This document shows positions 1 to 12,792 of a stretch of 64,000 nucleotides of DNA, piece by piece. Origin of the DNA: Antedon mediterranea (lineage: Eukaryota; Animalia; Echinodermata). Made by a program: the position numbers and the translations under genes. The stretch spans positions 10,230,001 to 10,294,000 of the forward strand of contig NC_092671.1 in NCBI RefSeq assembly GCF_964355755.1, written 5' to 3'. The notes under the pieces were generated by a model, which had not been told where the DNA came from, searched no databases, and saw nothing but the letters and a program-made list of their open reading frames with translations. Each line of letters opens with the position of its first letter. Position 1 is the stretch's first letter.

Positions 1-2266
1 CTAGATCCCGCTAATCGTGTGTGAACTCGAATAAACCCGGTTCTCGCTCAAGATATCGATCTGGGAAATTATCAGTTTTAATAATCTGGTGGTTTCGATT
101 AAATTTGTATGCTTTCTCTTGTCGTTCATTCACAAAATACCGCTCTCTTTTGAAAACTGAAAAGGTAAATCCACCACATAGTGTGGTTACCACGTGGTCA
201 CACTTTTGATGGCATATTATTTATTATCATCATGCTAATATTTTATAGTTTTCGTTTTGGTTTGAATTTTTTCTGAATGTGTTTGGTTATGTTCAGGGTT
301 AGTCTTTCAGCCCTGTGAATGATGACGTATCTCACTGTAGGTTGATGATGAAATAAAATAAAACAATAAATAAAATAGGGTATTTGATTACAGGTTTCAC
401 ATGTGATGTTGTATCATGGCAATGATGGCCTATGATCTATAAGCAAATTTAGGTACGCAGTATTATACCCATCTTCTTTTAGTGAAACACCACAATAATA
501 TACTGTGCCATCTCTTGGTCAGTGATAAACTTCAGGATTGACCGAATTGCTACGCTATAGTTACAAATTCTTAGACCATTCTTTCTAAAACCGTGTGCTT
601 AAATCTTTAAGTTTGATCAATCAAATCGGCTGCGGATGATTTTTTTTATAATCCGATATTTATAATACTGTCACGAATATCTATCAATGGTTTCCGGTTA
701 GCAATTTGTCAAATACTGATATCGCAAATTATACACATGCATGTCGAGCGTAGGTTGGTGGAGGAAAATCATGTTTATATTTTTTTTAAATGAAGACTCA
801 ACGTGAACGCTCTCAACTTTACCATCGACACGTGGGAACTATTCCTGCATGGGACGCGATTTTTAGACACCTTATAGCGGGCAGTAAATGTGATTTTTAG
901 TACTCAATACTCGACAAATTTGGCATTGAATGAACTAAACGCCGTTACTTATCAGGTTCAATACACTCTTCTATTGTTTTTTCTAAATGATCGACTGATG
1001 TAATTTTAATTTGCATTGTTTCAAGAAACTGTTGCTATTTTAAATCTTTAGAGTGCTTAATTAGCGCAAACGGTTAAATAGTTTAAAAGTCGGTTCTATT
1101 TATTTGAGAAAGACTTTTCGTTTCAGATCCAGGCCAGTGAACAATAACATTTAGTTCGCCCCACTTGTTGCATTTGTACGGCAGTCGTTACCCAGGTGCC
1201 TGCGCGCTCAGGCATATGGATTCTCACGAACATTATGTGACCACTACGCGATGCAAGACCAAGACCAGAGATTCAGCGCCACCCTCTAAAAAGGTACTGA
1301 GAGCTTAGCTGTCGCCTCGCTAAAATTATGCCTGAAGACAAGCTGCCTAGAATAGGAGCTATAGTACTTGAATAACGGATGACTTGGCAGGCTCAACAGA
1401 ACGCTAAAGTCAGCCCTAGGTAATAAAGTTAATGCAACCAGGGTTCCTTTATGCAGGTGTTTCGATGCTCTTCAAAAGAAAACAACGGTAAAGTATGGGA
1501 ATAAGGCCCCATTACTTAAACGTGTTAGAAATTTTTGCCTAAAAGACCGTAACGAGGCATTCAAACACGTGTCAATGGAATAAACGACGTAACTATATTT
1601 ATTAACACCCAATTTCACTGCAATTTATATATTAATTACGTGTATTTAAAATGTGAACTATTACGGGTGAATTGGGGATTGTGTTCGAATTTTAATCCCT
1701 GTTATGCATACAACAGAATTGGCAAGTGCACGAGTTCCAAGACAGGCGGCACTCACGACAATTTACAGGCACGTTTCCAGAACATTAAAAGCAGTATAGT
1801 CTTGAAACCAAAGGGAATATTACCAATGCATATGTGTTGATAAATAATGCGTCTACACTTTATACTTTACTGCATACAGTACTATAGTGCCATTCGAGAA
1901 CAAGCCTCAAAGCCATCCAGACATGCGAATACTGTTCACACTGGCGTCCATCGACATTTAAGTGAATCCATCGACATTTAAGTGAATCCCTCGACGACGG
2001 TAGTTAATGGCCTAGCCGACGTATAATACCAAAAATGCAGAATTAACTTTGATTTGTGTACTCAGAGTGATTAACTAAATCTAATCTTCTAATCAATACC
2101 AATTGACCAAATCTTAATCTCAGTAAATAATAGCGGATTATCAGGTTGCCCTTCCCTCCAGTTAAGTGTGGATACTGCTGCATACCGTATGCCAGCTCCA
2201 TATACATTCAATTGAACTAATTAGAAAATGCAACAAGACTTTTCAATAAAAGTAGCCTACGCCATT

Positions 2267-2403
2267 AAACTATTGACAAAAAAGTGTTATGTGCCTAAAA
2301 TGGTAGCGATATTCCCAAATATGGTAGTGATAAGACATCATCGTGTCATATATGTGCACATCGCATTTTTTGTCACATAAAGTTTGATAGTGTAGACAGA
2401 GCT
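2267..2403. mobile_element. MITE family A, partial copy
   Basis: CCAAATATGGTAGTGATA core and one intact TIR ending GTGTAGACAGAGCT|TAA. Confidence 0.8.
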
Positions 2404-3735
2404 TAAATTTAGGAATGAATGCTAGTTTGTTAAGCCTCAAAATATTGTACACGTAAGCTAAAACAGGACTTTGTATTGCGCGTAATTTGCACCTCTAGTC
2501 TTCATAATTCGTAATTTAGCGTCGTATGTACGCCAGTTTTCTCAATCACGTTTGATTTCCCCTTGTTTTTTTTAGGTAAAATGCATAAAATAGGCCTTTG
2601 TATATTTGCAAGTCAGATCCGCCCCTTCTGATTGACCAGCTTTCATAAACAGATATATTTGTTATCAGTTATGTCGTGACAAATCCTTCTCGTACTCATC
2701 TACCGTTTTCCGATTTTGCACGTTGCACCTACGTGATTATGCGAATAAAACGCCAGGGAACTTACAAAATAAATTGTATGTGGTGGGTTAGACGATAAAC
2801 TAAAATGTTGATTGCATTCTTTACCCGTTGGAAACACAGATTCAACAGGAAATATTATTTCCTTAGTTGTCCAGTGGTCTACATAGATAGACCGCCAACA
2901 TATGACAAGTGTATTTTGAATGTCTCAAATCATTACTTTAAAGTTCAATGTTAAATGTGGTAATCATTTCAGTCAAATAATTTAATGTTCTTTAACTATT
3001 GTTTTGCTTTATGTGTTTAAAATATAATCGTCATAATAAGAATTAAATATCATAGCAGGGATACTGTAACCATTACCAATGCTGCTAGTGTTAAATTTCA
3101 GCTGCAATGGTAAGTACCGTACAGTATTCGTAATAATTGTGTTGGTTTATGATTTTAAATTTTTGGAATATAACGATATTACAAACTTCATGAGAAATTA
3201 TTTAGGGTGGCCCAGTGTCTACATAGTGCCAAAGCCAGAGGGAAACAACACACACGGTTTAGATATTGATTTGATCCCCAGACCCCCTTCACCGCCCCCC
3301 TCCCCCCCCCCACCACAATCCCAATTGATACAGGCCTACAATAGGGCTATTATACTGATTACAACCAATGTGAAACAGGTTCTGGTCCGGTGCAACTCTC
3401 TAGCAAAAGTAGCTAATATTTTATTGAATTAACCTGGTGTGAGGCTCTCAATCAGCATACTTAAGTGGTCCATCATGTTGAGTGACAGTTTGACAGGTTT
3501 CTCTATGAACCTATAATGAAGGTATTACTACTACGTTCTTGATCCCATCTATGTACACTCAAGACACCTTGAGTCACGAACTATATACACAATTGGTCAT
3601 TCATATAATGCCGAGTATTATACCCGACCTTTTACGGATAATTTTAATCCTTTATAAGCTAACTTAAAGAAAACTTTGCAAACGTGGTACTATCGTTGAA
3701 TGAAATCGACAAATTCGTTAGCTTTCCAGCCAAGC

Positions 3736-3851
3736 TATCAAACAAACAATGTTGTGATGTGCCCAAATATGGTAGTGATATGATTAAATATGGTAGTGAT
3801 ATGACATCATCACATTATTTTGTCATAAAGTTTGATAGTGTAGACAGAGCT
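3736..3851. mobile_element. MITE family A, partial copy
   Basis: TGTGATGTGCCCAAATATGGTAGTGATATG core and one intact TIR. Confidence 0.8.
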
Positions 3852-4018
3852 TAAGAATACCGATAGTAAATTCTAGCGGTAGGCCTATCATACGGTAACG
3901 GATTCTGGGATATATAGTTTATTTATTAAATTATTAGTGTAATATCATGAAGTTGACGTACCTCTTTCATTGAGACGTAAATGGTGCATGTCTAAAAGTA
4001 CCGACATCCATATATTTG

Positions 4019-4120
4019 TCCAATCACAAGCGATGGATTTATTAGACTGTCGCTTGTCATTGGTCAATACGCTTACGTTACGTTCACGTCCTTGCGTTGC
4101 GTCATAGTGGGAACCAAGCT
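4019..4120. mobile_element. MITE family B, partial copy
   Basis: CAATCACAAGCGATGG...CGTCCTTGCGTTGCGTCATAGTGGGAACCAAGCT, homologous to 6561-6739. Confidence 0.75.
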
Positions 4121-4854
4121 CCATGATGTTCAACGGACTTGCGTTGTGCCACGTTTACGTTGTTTTGCGTTATTGTTATTTTTTATTGAATACACTAATA
4201 ATGTGCTGAATAACAAACATAACTTCCTGAATCTTCAAAACCTGTATGTGGTAATTTAATGTATGAGTAATGTTAATGCAATGCCAACGAATGAATTGCG
4301 TGTAAAATGTCCAACAGTTCGTCGTGTTTTTTTTTTTTCGCGACATCCAACAGAAATTACATTAGTTGGGTGTGGTAGGCTACCATGAAAGGTCGGGGTT
4401 CGGGTAAAAGGTGACGTGGCTTGGAGAGCAATAGGGGAGCCTATTTGTCAAACAATTAAGGTAGTTACAATACATCAGTTCAAATCCCTTGTGTTATTTT
4501 AATAAACAGGCCTAATTGACATTTTGTTCTATCTATTAGTTTAGCTGTTTCACACTCTAAATTAATGATCATCTTTTATTCAAACGTTAAAACCAACAAA
4601 AGGCGAATCAGGAGGTGTCACGATATCCATTTCATTACGACAGAAAAAAGCTGTACTATGGCCCACCTTCTCGAAAGGCAACAATGTAAATATGTAACCT
4701 GTCGAATAAAAATATTAAACGGCGGGAAAATCGATCGTCTGTCGGCATTCCCACGTGGCTCTGTTTACTTGACTCGCGTACATAAAGTTCATTTTAGCTA
4801 TTTTAAACACGATTTGTTTATATATCTAAACGATTTATAAATGTGACATTAGTA

Positions 4855-4975
4855 GTGGAGGTAGCTTGGTGGTTAACGTGCTTGCATTCCAATCCCAATG
4901 TCCGGGGTTCAATCCTGTGTAAGTGCAAGGATTGTTACTCACGACTTTTTCAACTCCACTTCCTAGCCTCAAATG
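4855..4975 (+). mobile_element. Degenerate tRNA-derived SINE head
   Basis: A box TAGCTTGGTGG (4862) and B box GGTTCAATCC (4906); no clean cloverleaf. Confidence 0.55.
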
Positions 4976-6560
4976 AGAATTAGTTTATAAAGCACGATAA
5001 ACTATAAAATAGTTTATCTCATCCTGGATGAGTATGAAATAAGTAAATATTGTTGCGATAAAAGTCTTACATTGTCATTGCGTTATACGATTTAAACAAA
5101 CCCGTACGGTGCAACATACACTGTCAGTGTGTAGGATTCAATTTTTTAAATGTTTACTATAAGCCTACTATAATATTACAGTATATACATTTGATTCTAT
5201 TTTTTCTGTAATGTATAAATCAAAGGAACATTCATAATTGACTTCTCTGTCACGACAGCAAATTAGAGGAATTATAAATCACTGGTCAAGAGTGGTTGAA
5301 AAGTTTAGACGATAATAAATGACAGATTGGCGCGCCATAGAAGAGCAATGAAACAAGATTTTTTTGTTGACATCTTCCAGTGGGAGCAGAGTAAAACCAC
5401 AATTAACTATTAATGATTTATACCTCTCTTTTGAGAGACATTCTATATTTAATTATATCATTGCATGTTTCTATTTGTAACACAATTAAATGTCGAAGAT
5501 TAATTGCTGTGTGATAAGAAAAACTAATTAATTTCAAAATACACTCCCGTAGGAGGTCTAGAAATAAATTAGGCCTACAAATGATACAAATGGGCACATT
5601 TACTGAGTGCAATTTACGAGTGCGGCCGGATTTCTAAATAATAGGTTCAGCTTTATGGTTCGATCCCAACATGTTTTTTTGGCGGTAATCAAATGTGGGC
5701 ATGATGGTGGTGTACTGTACTGTTAATTATTTTTGACAAATTATACAAAAAGTGGAAATTACACTGTTCTACTTTCATTTTATTTCGTAATGAATGTCTA
5801 TTTTTGGTGTCTCCAAAAACAGGAAGTCTGTCAATTAACATCACCGTTTTGTGATGTGGGGAAAATATTACCCTGACCACAGCTTTTAAATGTGTTTTTT
5901 TTAATTATTTCACTAGGCCTAATCTTTCCACGAAAGCCTAGGCATAATATAACAGAAGATGACAGGAGTAGTAAGATACATCCTAATGATGGCGTTATAT
6001 CAATGCTATTGAACCCTAAACTTTAAGATGCTATTTGACAAATATAATACAGGTTGAATGCGTATAAACTTTAAGATATAATCCAAGTCAGTTATAGCCA
6101 CGGGGTTCGTATAGTGCCCGATCCCACTTTTTTCAGAAGTGCCATTTTTAAACTAGAGTCCAGTAGCGAAAGTGCTTGTAAATAGGTCTACTTCATGACA
6201 ATCGTTTAGTTGCTAATGCAATTCAACATTCCTTCAGTTGCTTACGCATTTTTTTGGTGGAAAAAAGGCCCCATGCCTGAAAAGTATTGTTACAAACATT
6301 GGGTTTCTCATTCTCGCAGTTTCCCAATCTTTATCGGTTCGATCAAATTAATTAATTTATATTTCCTTATTTTTTTTTTAACATCGTTGGATTACGTTAC
6401 CAGTGTTAATGACATTTCTCAGTAGTAACAAATCAATGAATATTGTATTGTTACGATATAATATAATGTGTGAAGCGTTAATTAGTTTAGTAATAACGTT
6501 TAAATCAACGTGTCTCTTTCAGAATGTTACTAATGTGATGACGCTAGTTACGCTTCCTAA

Positions 6561-6739
6561 AGCTTGGTTCCCACTAGAACGTAACGCAAGGACGTAAACG
6601 CAACGCAAGCGTTTTAACCAATGACCAGCGAAGTTATAGACAGAGAGCAATCACAAGCGAATAAGCCATCGCTTGTGATTGGTCAATTTACTTGCGGTGC
6701 GTTACGTCCTTGTGTTGCGTCGCTAGTGGGAACCACGCT
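6561..6739. mobile_element. MITE family B (TIR AGCTTGGTTCCCACTAG), full copy
   Basis: Long imperfect fold-back AGCTTGGTTCCCACTAG...CTAGTGGGAACCACGCT; left flank TAA. Confidence 0.8.
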
Positions 6740-7716
6740 CGAGAATGGCTACGTTACGTTACGTACGGTACAGAAACATTAAAAAACACGATGGTTCAGA
6801 GCTGGTACGGGTGAATCCACGTATGTTATGCATTTATAAAATAACTGTTGTAAATAGGCCTATACGATATAAGATTTGATGTCGTTATTTCGTACATGTC
6901 GTACGTGAGAATAGGCCCTACTGAACGACATAATACTAAACTGACCTAATAGGATTGGTTATATAAGATCCCCACATGAGCTAGGGATGAGCGGCCTCGA
7001 ACTTGAATATGTAACCTACAATAAAATAGTAAAAATTTACACAAATCCTCATTAACAAAAGCTGTTTTATATTATCTTCATCCGTTTTGTTACTAAGCAC
7101 TTTACACACAATGCGACCATTTTAAACAGCATACACGATTGAATAGACAGACAATAGGGTATAACTCTACGATAATCATACATATTTTAATAAAACTAGC
7201 AAAACGGGTACGCTGAAAAGAGTTTGAACCTGATAGTCGAACACAAAGCCATAAAAGAATTATATTGAAGTGATTCCAGTCTTCAGATACGCTATTATAG
7301 TGTAGACAATTTAGCTATTGTAAGAAGCCAACAATAGCGATTGTGGTTAGAGGGCATAGGCACCCAGCACTACCCTGGCTATTGCATCAGTTTGATTCAC
7401 ATGGGATTAGGTAGTCTTCATTCTCTATTTGTAAATTCCCCAAAGAGCATTTTGTCGTTAACGGATCTTCAAAGAAATTTTGATAACAATCGTGTATAAA
7501 TTTGCTAACTGAAACAATATCGCTACAAAGCTTATATTATTATAAACAAAATGGTCGCTTGAGGGAATTTTTCCAGTGAGCATTTGTTCTTAAATGTAAA
7601 TGGGTAGGGAAATCTCCCGACATCTCCTATACAGTACTATACTGATTTATAACAAGAACAACCACAGATTTTTAAAGTACTTCCATAAATGGATCTTCTA
7701 ATATGTACCAGGAACT

Positions 7717-7854
7717 CTAGGCGTTGTTTTCTGTTCTGATGATGAGAATAGTTTCTCGAAACATGTCAAGACACCTTAAGGCAGTTTGCCTATGTACCAA
7801 ATGCCTCACAATCGTTATTTTTAACTCGAAAGTTCGGTGGAATCATTCATGATT
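7717..7854 (+). mobile_element. Short retro-inserted fragment carrying a hammerhead motif, 15-bp target-site duplication
   Basis: TATGTACCAGGAACT at 7702-7716 and 7855-7869 flanks the insert. Confidence 0.6.
7731..7770 (+). ncRNA. Minimal type I hammerhead ribozyme motif (Penelope-like/retrozyme type)
   Basis: CTGATGA(7736-7742)-T-GAGAA-tagt-TTCTC-GAAA(7758-7761)-catg-TC; palindromic ACATGT stem III; stem I is weak (2 bp then a mismatch). Confidence 0.65.
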
Positions 7855-7976
7855 TATGTACCAGGAACTATATTGTCGAAGGATGTTTTTCACTAGGAAA
7901 AAGTATTCGCGTAGATCGAAAGCATTGCTATATTTTAGATCTCCTTTTGTAACGCGAAAAAATGCGCAACCAATAA

Positions 7977-8288
7977 AGATGTATTGTCCCCCTGAAAAAA
8001 TAGTTCTTAAAAAAATTGTTGTTAAATATTCCATTGTAATGTAACATAATAGTTATTCACTTTGACCAAAATTGGATCCAAAAAAAATGTATTTACCTGA
8101 AAAAAATGTAATTTTAAGCAAAAAATGGTCAAATTGGCTGCCAGCCAATGGATTTTTGGTTGAATTTAACCATTTATTTTGTCATTTTATAAGAAAGTGA
8201 TTAACTTTATTAAAACTATAAAATAATATATTCAAAGTCTGATTTAATTAATCTTCATTTTTTCATGTTTTAGGGGGACAATACATCT
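7977..8288. mobile_element. Non-autonomous TIR element, Kolobok-like
   Basis: Perfect TIR AGATGTATTGTCCCCCT / AGGGGGACAATACATCT; flanks ATAA/TTAA; purine-purine terminus. Confidence 0.7.
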
Positions 8289-9641
8289 TTAAAGCTTATC
8301 ATGGTCGATTAGCGCGAATAACATCAAGTTGCCACTATCATTAACACGAGGTTCAAATCTACTGTACGGTCACAAACAAATTTCATCCAAAATGTTTAAG
8401 TTTATGTAGAGACATTTGAATATACTACCGTCTCAGTATTATGACACTGAAAGTGAGAAAACGTTACACAGGCCTTTTTTTTTAATTTTTCAATAAATAA
8501 TTATGCCTAGTGCCACAAAAACGGTGTAACAATAAAAAGTAAAGAAAAAAAAATAAATTTCTTTATTTAAAAGAAATATAACGATTGAATATTCTTCTAC
8601 CGTTCACGATATAAACCCGGTTTCTTTAGGTAAATTCCAGTCAAAAGTAAAGATTTTTGATAAAATCAGTTACAGCGCCATCAATCCAAAATGCCACAAA
8701 ATAAGGCAAATTATACTGAGGGCGCACGTCTTGGTTTAGTAGCCTTAATTTGGTTTTAAAAATTAATTTTGATTTTCAATAATTCTCCAACATCCATTTT
8801 TCTAATCATTTTCCCTGTACTGTCTGATGGTTCTGATATTGTTTACATAGCATTTTTTTTTTGTTAACAAATTTATATTTTTTACTGGTTGGAAGTAGTT
8901 AATGTGCAGTTCTTTTTTTAAACCGACATCTTAATTTACTAATTTGTTTAATCTACTAAATGTCGGTCTTAATGTTAAATCTTTAAAAAAAATTAATGAA
9001 ATATAAACGTAGGCCTATACAGTGGTAACAGTGAATGATATTATCTGACATCTGAAATGAGATTTAGTAAGGAAGTTGAGAAAGGCATTGAGAATTGATT
9101 GTAAATCCCAGACTTATTAAATGTGGATCCTCTATTAATATTATACTAGATAAGCTTATCCCTGAGGATGATGTGGATGGATACTGGAAAACTATAACAC
9201 CACAGTGTTTCCATGTGGGGGAGGGCGGTAGCCTCTACTGCCAGAGCTGTTAAGATTGATGATGTCTTAACCTAGCCAGTAGAAGCTACTTTAGAGGCCA
9301 GATAAGCCATGTAGGGCAGGTGGCGTCCCCTACCAGGCCTAAATTATGGGTTAGCGGCTACTGTCTGTAGGAGAGGCCTAGACTAGCTAGCCACGGTATA
9401 TTAATTATTATTGTAGAAGGTAAGTCTACTCACTTCACGAATGTATCATCTATCAAGCCTACGTTTAATTATGTGAGGTTGCCTGCTTAACTTCCCAGAA
9501 GTGTTGACGAACATCGATGCCTCTTCCGTTACATTTGTTTAGCTAAATTCCAATATAATCGTCTGCCACGTTAGAATTGTTGCTGTTGCATTCCGCGCCA
9601 CATGACTTGCTAAGTTCCATATCTATGTTCTGATTGGTTTA

Positions 9642-10473
9642 ATCAAAGAATATATATCACAAGAATGAGTAATCCGCGATTTTCCCTGTAACAGTAATAT
9701 TGTCCATGTGGTAGGGCGCCGCCATAAGTGTGGATGTATCTGGGATGTATACAACTTTTTGTGACAGTTTCACTAATCAAAGGCTGGACCACCGGTAGTA
9801 TTTTCATGATAAAAAATGTTATAAACTACATGCCAACATCATGTTAAATACTATTTGGATATTTAATTGTTCGTTTTATGCAATTTATTTAGTAAAAACT
9901 GCCGTATAAACAGTTTGCTTTATCAACCGGGCACTACGATAGCGTGACCGGGCGTGTTGGTGTTTACGCGTTTTCACGAACGATAGTTTAATAATATTCC
10001 TATATTTAACTTGTTTCTGGTAAAACAAATAAATGTTAATGATATTTAACATTTTGTCCTATTAATAACATGTATTTTATACTAATTTATATCATAAAAA
10101 CAATACTTAATTTACCGGGTAGTACACGGCAATGGTAAAGAATAGGCCGTGCTGAGTAACGATTCGTTGATTTTTGGTGTTGCTGTGTTAGGCTTTTTTT
10201 GTGAACTAACTTAGCATGTTAGTAAATAATTGTCTGTAAAAGTGAATGTACACTAGTTTGTTAATAAATATGTATTATAAAATAGTTTACAATTGCAAAA
10301 TATATTATTATAATTCTATTTAATGTGACATGTATAATCTATTAAATCAAGTCTTATTTAGTATGTATACATCCGCCCTTATGAGGGCGGGCATCACTCA
10401 CTGGAGCTCTCTGTTACAAATTTCTCATGCAAAAATCGCGGAATACTCATTCTTGTGATATATATTCTTTGGT
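9642..10473. mobile_element. 832-bp non-autonomous DNA transposon with ~40-bp TIRs
   Basis: ATCAAAGAATATATATCACAAGAATGAGTAATCCGCGATTTT versus AAAATCGCGGAATACTCATTCTTGTGATATATATTCTTTGGT; TTA on both flanks; no ORF inside. Confidence 0.8.
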
Positions 10474-10704
10474 TTAATATACAGGAACACCAGTATTATA
10501 GCGCCACCTACAGATCAATCTCATTCTCTCTCAAAAGTTAGACAATATCTACTATCTATACAACAAAAACGGAAAACATTACACAGCCTTTCAAAACAAA
10601 AACACACTATAAAAGGCCTAGATAGACTATAGAAAATGTAAAATTATCCGTGAAATCACTGCATGAAAGTTGCTTTCGCATGTTATGCCAAACAATATTA
10701 TTTT

Positions 10705-10880
10705 CGCATCGTCACGCACTTTTCATCATCATAATCATCACATCCAAACGAATCAACGATCATCATCATAACGCCAACTGCATCATCATCCCATATCGTT
10801 ATAATCGTCATCGGCGTCATCGTTATCATCACGCCCATGACACCATCTTTTTCCGTCATCATAAAAATAAGAGCTTTGTT
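10705..10880. repeat. Degenerate (CAT)n low-complexity tract
   Basis: CATCAT/CATCGT runs; explains the His-rich and Met-rich ORFs here. Confidence 0.75.
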
Positions 10881-12481
10881 CACCGTTGTCATCAATCTTA
10901 AGTCAGTATTTATTACGGTCATAGATGTATTATTTTATTCATATTAATTTTTATAAAAAAATTAACATAAAGACAAATAATTTATATACAAAACAGTTTA
11001 TTGAAACAGCGGGGTCATGTGATACAAAAACCTTAAACATAGAAAGTTGACCATATTACCAATGTAGCCACAAAAACAGCCTAAATTGTTACCACGGAAG
11101 AACTAGCGGTCAACATCTACCCATTTCCACCATTTACAAAATATCACGATAACATACCATCTTAATTAGAAATATAACATGATTTTGTTCTAAACATTCG
11201 GAATACATTTGCTGGTAAACTGATTGTCTTATAAGGATTAAATCTCAATTATTATTTATGTCTAATTACTGATTTATTTATAATACAATTCCACAACGTT
11301 AACCTAAAATCAGGAAGAGTGAAATTTAGAGTAATTTCACTCTTCCCTGCCTAAAATTGATGCTTAAAAGATAAAATTTAAATAAACAAAATATACTATT
11401 GGAATAGTGTTAGAAAACTGAGAGCAGATGTTACCATATCTTACTTATCAGCGGTTGAAATAGAAATAATGTAAATGTTAAAATGAAGAAAGTGTTAATT
11501 AATGGTTGTTTGTCATAAATTAAAACAATAAAATGACAGTAGCAATCATTATAAAAAAATTTTTGAAAAATAATTATTATTGTTAGAAAACCGAGATCAG
11601 ATGTGTTACCAAATCTTATGAGTGAACTAAGTAGAAGTAATAAAATTGAAGAAAACAATAAAATAACAGTACCAAGCACTGTTTAAACACACAAAAGATG
11701 TAGATGAAGTATCTACAAGATTCAGTTTTACACTCAACATTTTCTATTTTAGGCCTACTATTACAGAATTCATGATTTAGGAATTGTACTACAGTAACAT
11801 AGACAATACTGCAGCATAATATAGGTAATGGACATTATACTCGAAACAAAAATGCAAAATGAATTGAACAATGATTACAAAAAAATATATAAAAATACTA
11901 AAATGAAGTTGTGCTGACTTTAAGGTCATGTGTTAAAACCGTTAATAATCTGATATTATATTTCTGAAAATCTGCTATGATAAAACACATAACATACCAT
12001 CACAATTTACAGTACTAACACAATAAAGAAAAAACAATACAGTATTCATTACAGAAATTATACAGTATAACAACTCATTTGAGAAACCCTTATTAAGGGG
12101 ATGCTTCCCTGTGAAACGAACCAGGGCAATACAGTGCATGATTTAACTCTCAATCTACCCCCATTAAGAGAACAAAGTGATTTTTCCCTACTATTTTTAT
12201 ATGACATTATATAATTTGACATGATTGTCTTTTTTTTTGCAATTCAGTTCAAACCGTTAAATCTAAGCAAAGGGTGTACTAAGACTAAAATTAAAAATAT
12301 ATATATTTTAAAGAGTAACGTACCAGCAGTACATTTTACATTAAATTCTATTAGTTCACTGATTGGGAAACATTGTTTTATTGTACCTGATGAACATAGT
12401 AAGGATAATATAACTGTATACACAATGCTGAACTAAATCTTACATTCTTTCTATATATATTTGTTATTTATTGTTGTTTAA

Positions 12482-12621
12482 AGCTCAGTCTACACTATAA
12501 ACTTTATGTGAAGAAAATGTGATGTCCCCATAATTATATGGACAAGATGAAGTCATATCACTACCATATTTGGGCACATCACACTTTTTTGGCAAACTAG
12601 TTTGATAGTGTAAACAGAGCT
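12482..12621. mobile_element. MITE family A (Tourist/PIF-Harbinger-like), full copy in the putative Pea3 3' UTR
   Basis: TIR consensus AGCTCTGTCTACACTATCAAACT; TAA on both flanks. Confidence 0.85.
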
Positions 12622-12628
12622 TAAGAGA

Positions 12629-12792
12629 CAGGGGAAGATCCAGGGGGTAGTGCACAGTTCCCCTAAAATATTATGAAATTAATGAACTACTTTTTGATAT
12701 CGATTTTTTACTACTACCGGTAATATAATGATGTCAGCCCAACACCCCCTCCCCCGCCCCACCCCTTAAAAAAATCCTGGATCCGTCCCCTG
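12629..12792. mobile_element. MITE with CAGGGG..GATCCAGG termini
   Basis: CAGGGGAAGATCCAGG...CCTGGATCCGTCCCCTG; AGAGA on both flanks. Confidence 0.7.

Noticed and set aside
1127-1420. GC-richer block after a tttcag acceptor-like site, possible exon
   Set aside because: All three frames stop soon after the AG and no peptide is recognisable; it could be a non-coding exon or repeat but I cannot support either.
3079-3432. 117-aa ORF with a polyproline stretch
   Set aside because: The prolines come from a C-rich tract; no recognisable domain or exon context.
4855-4920. Possible tRNA gene (also 34217-34300)
   Set aside because: A and B boxes are present but there is no proper cloverleaf, and a SINE-like body follows.
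10650-10922. His-rich and Met-rich ORFs on opposite strands
   Set aside because: Artefact of a degenerate (CAT)n tract.
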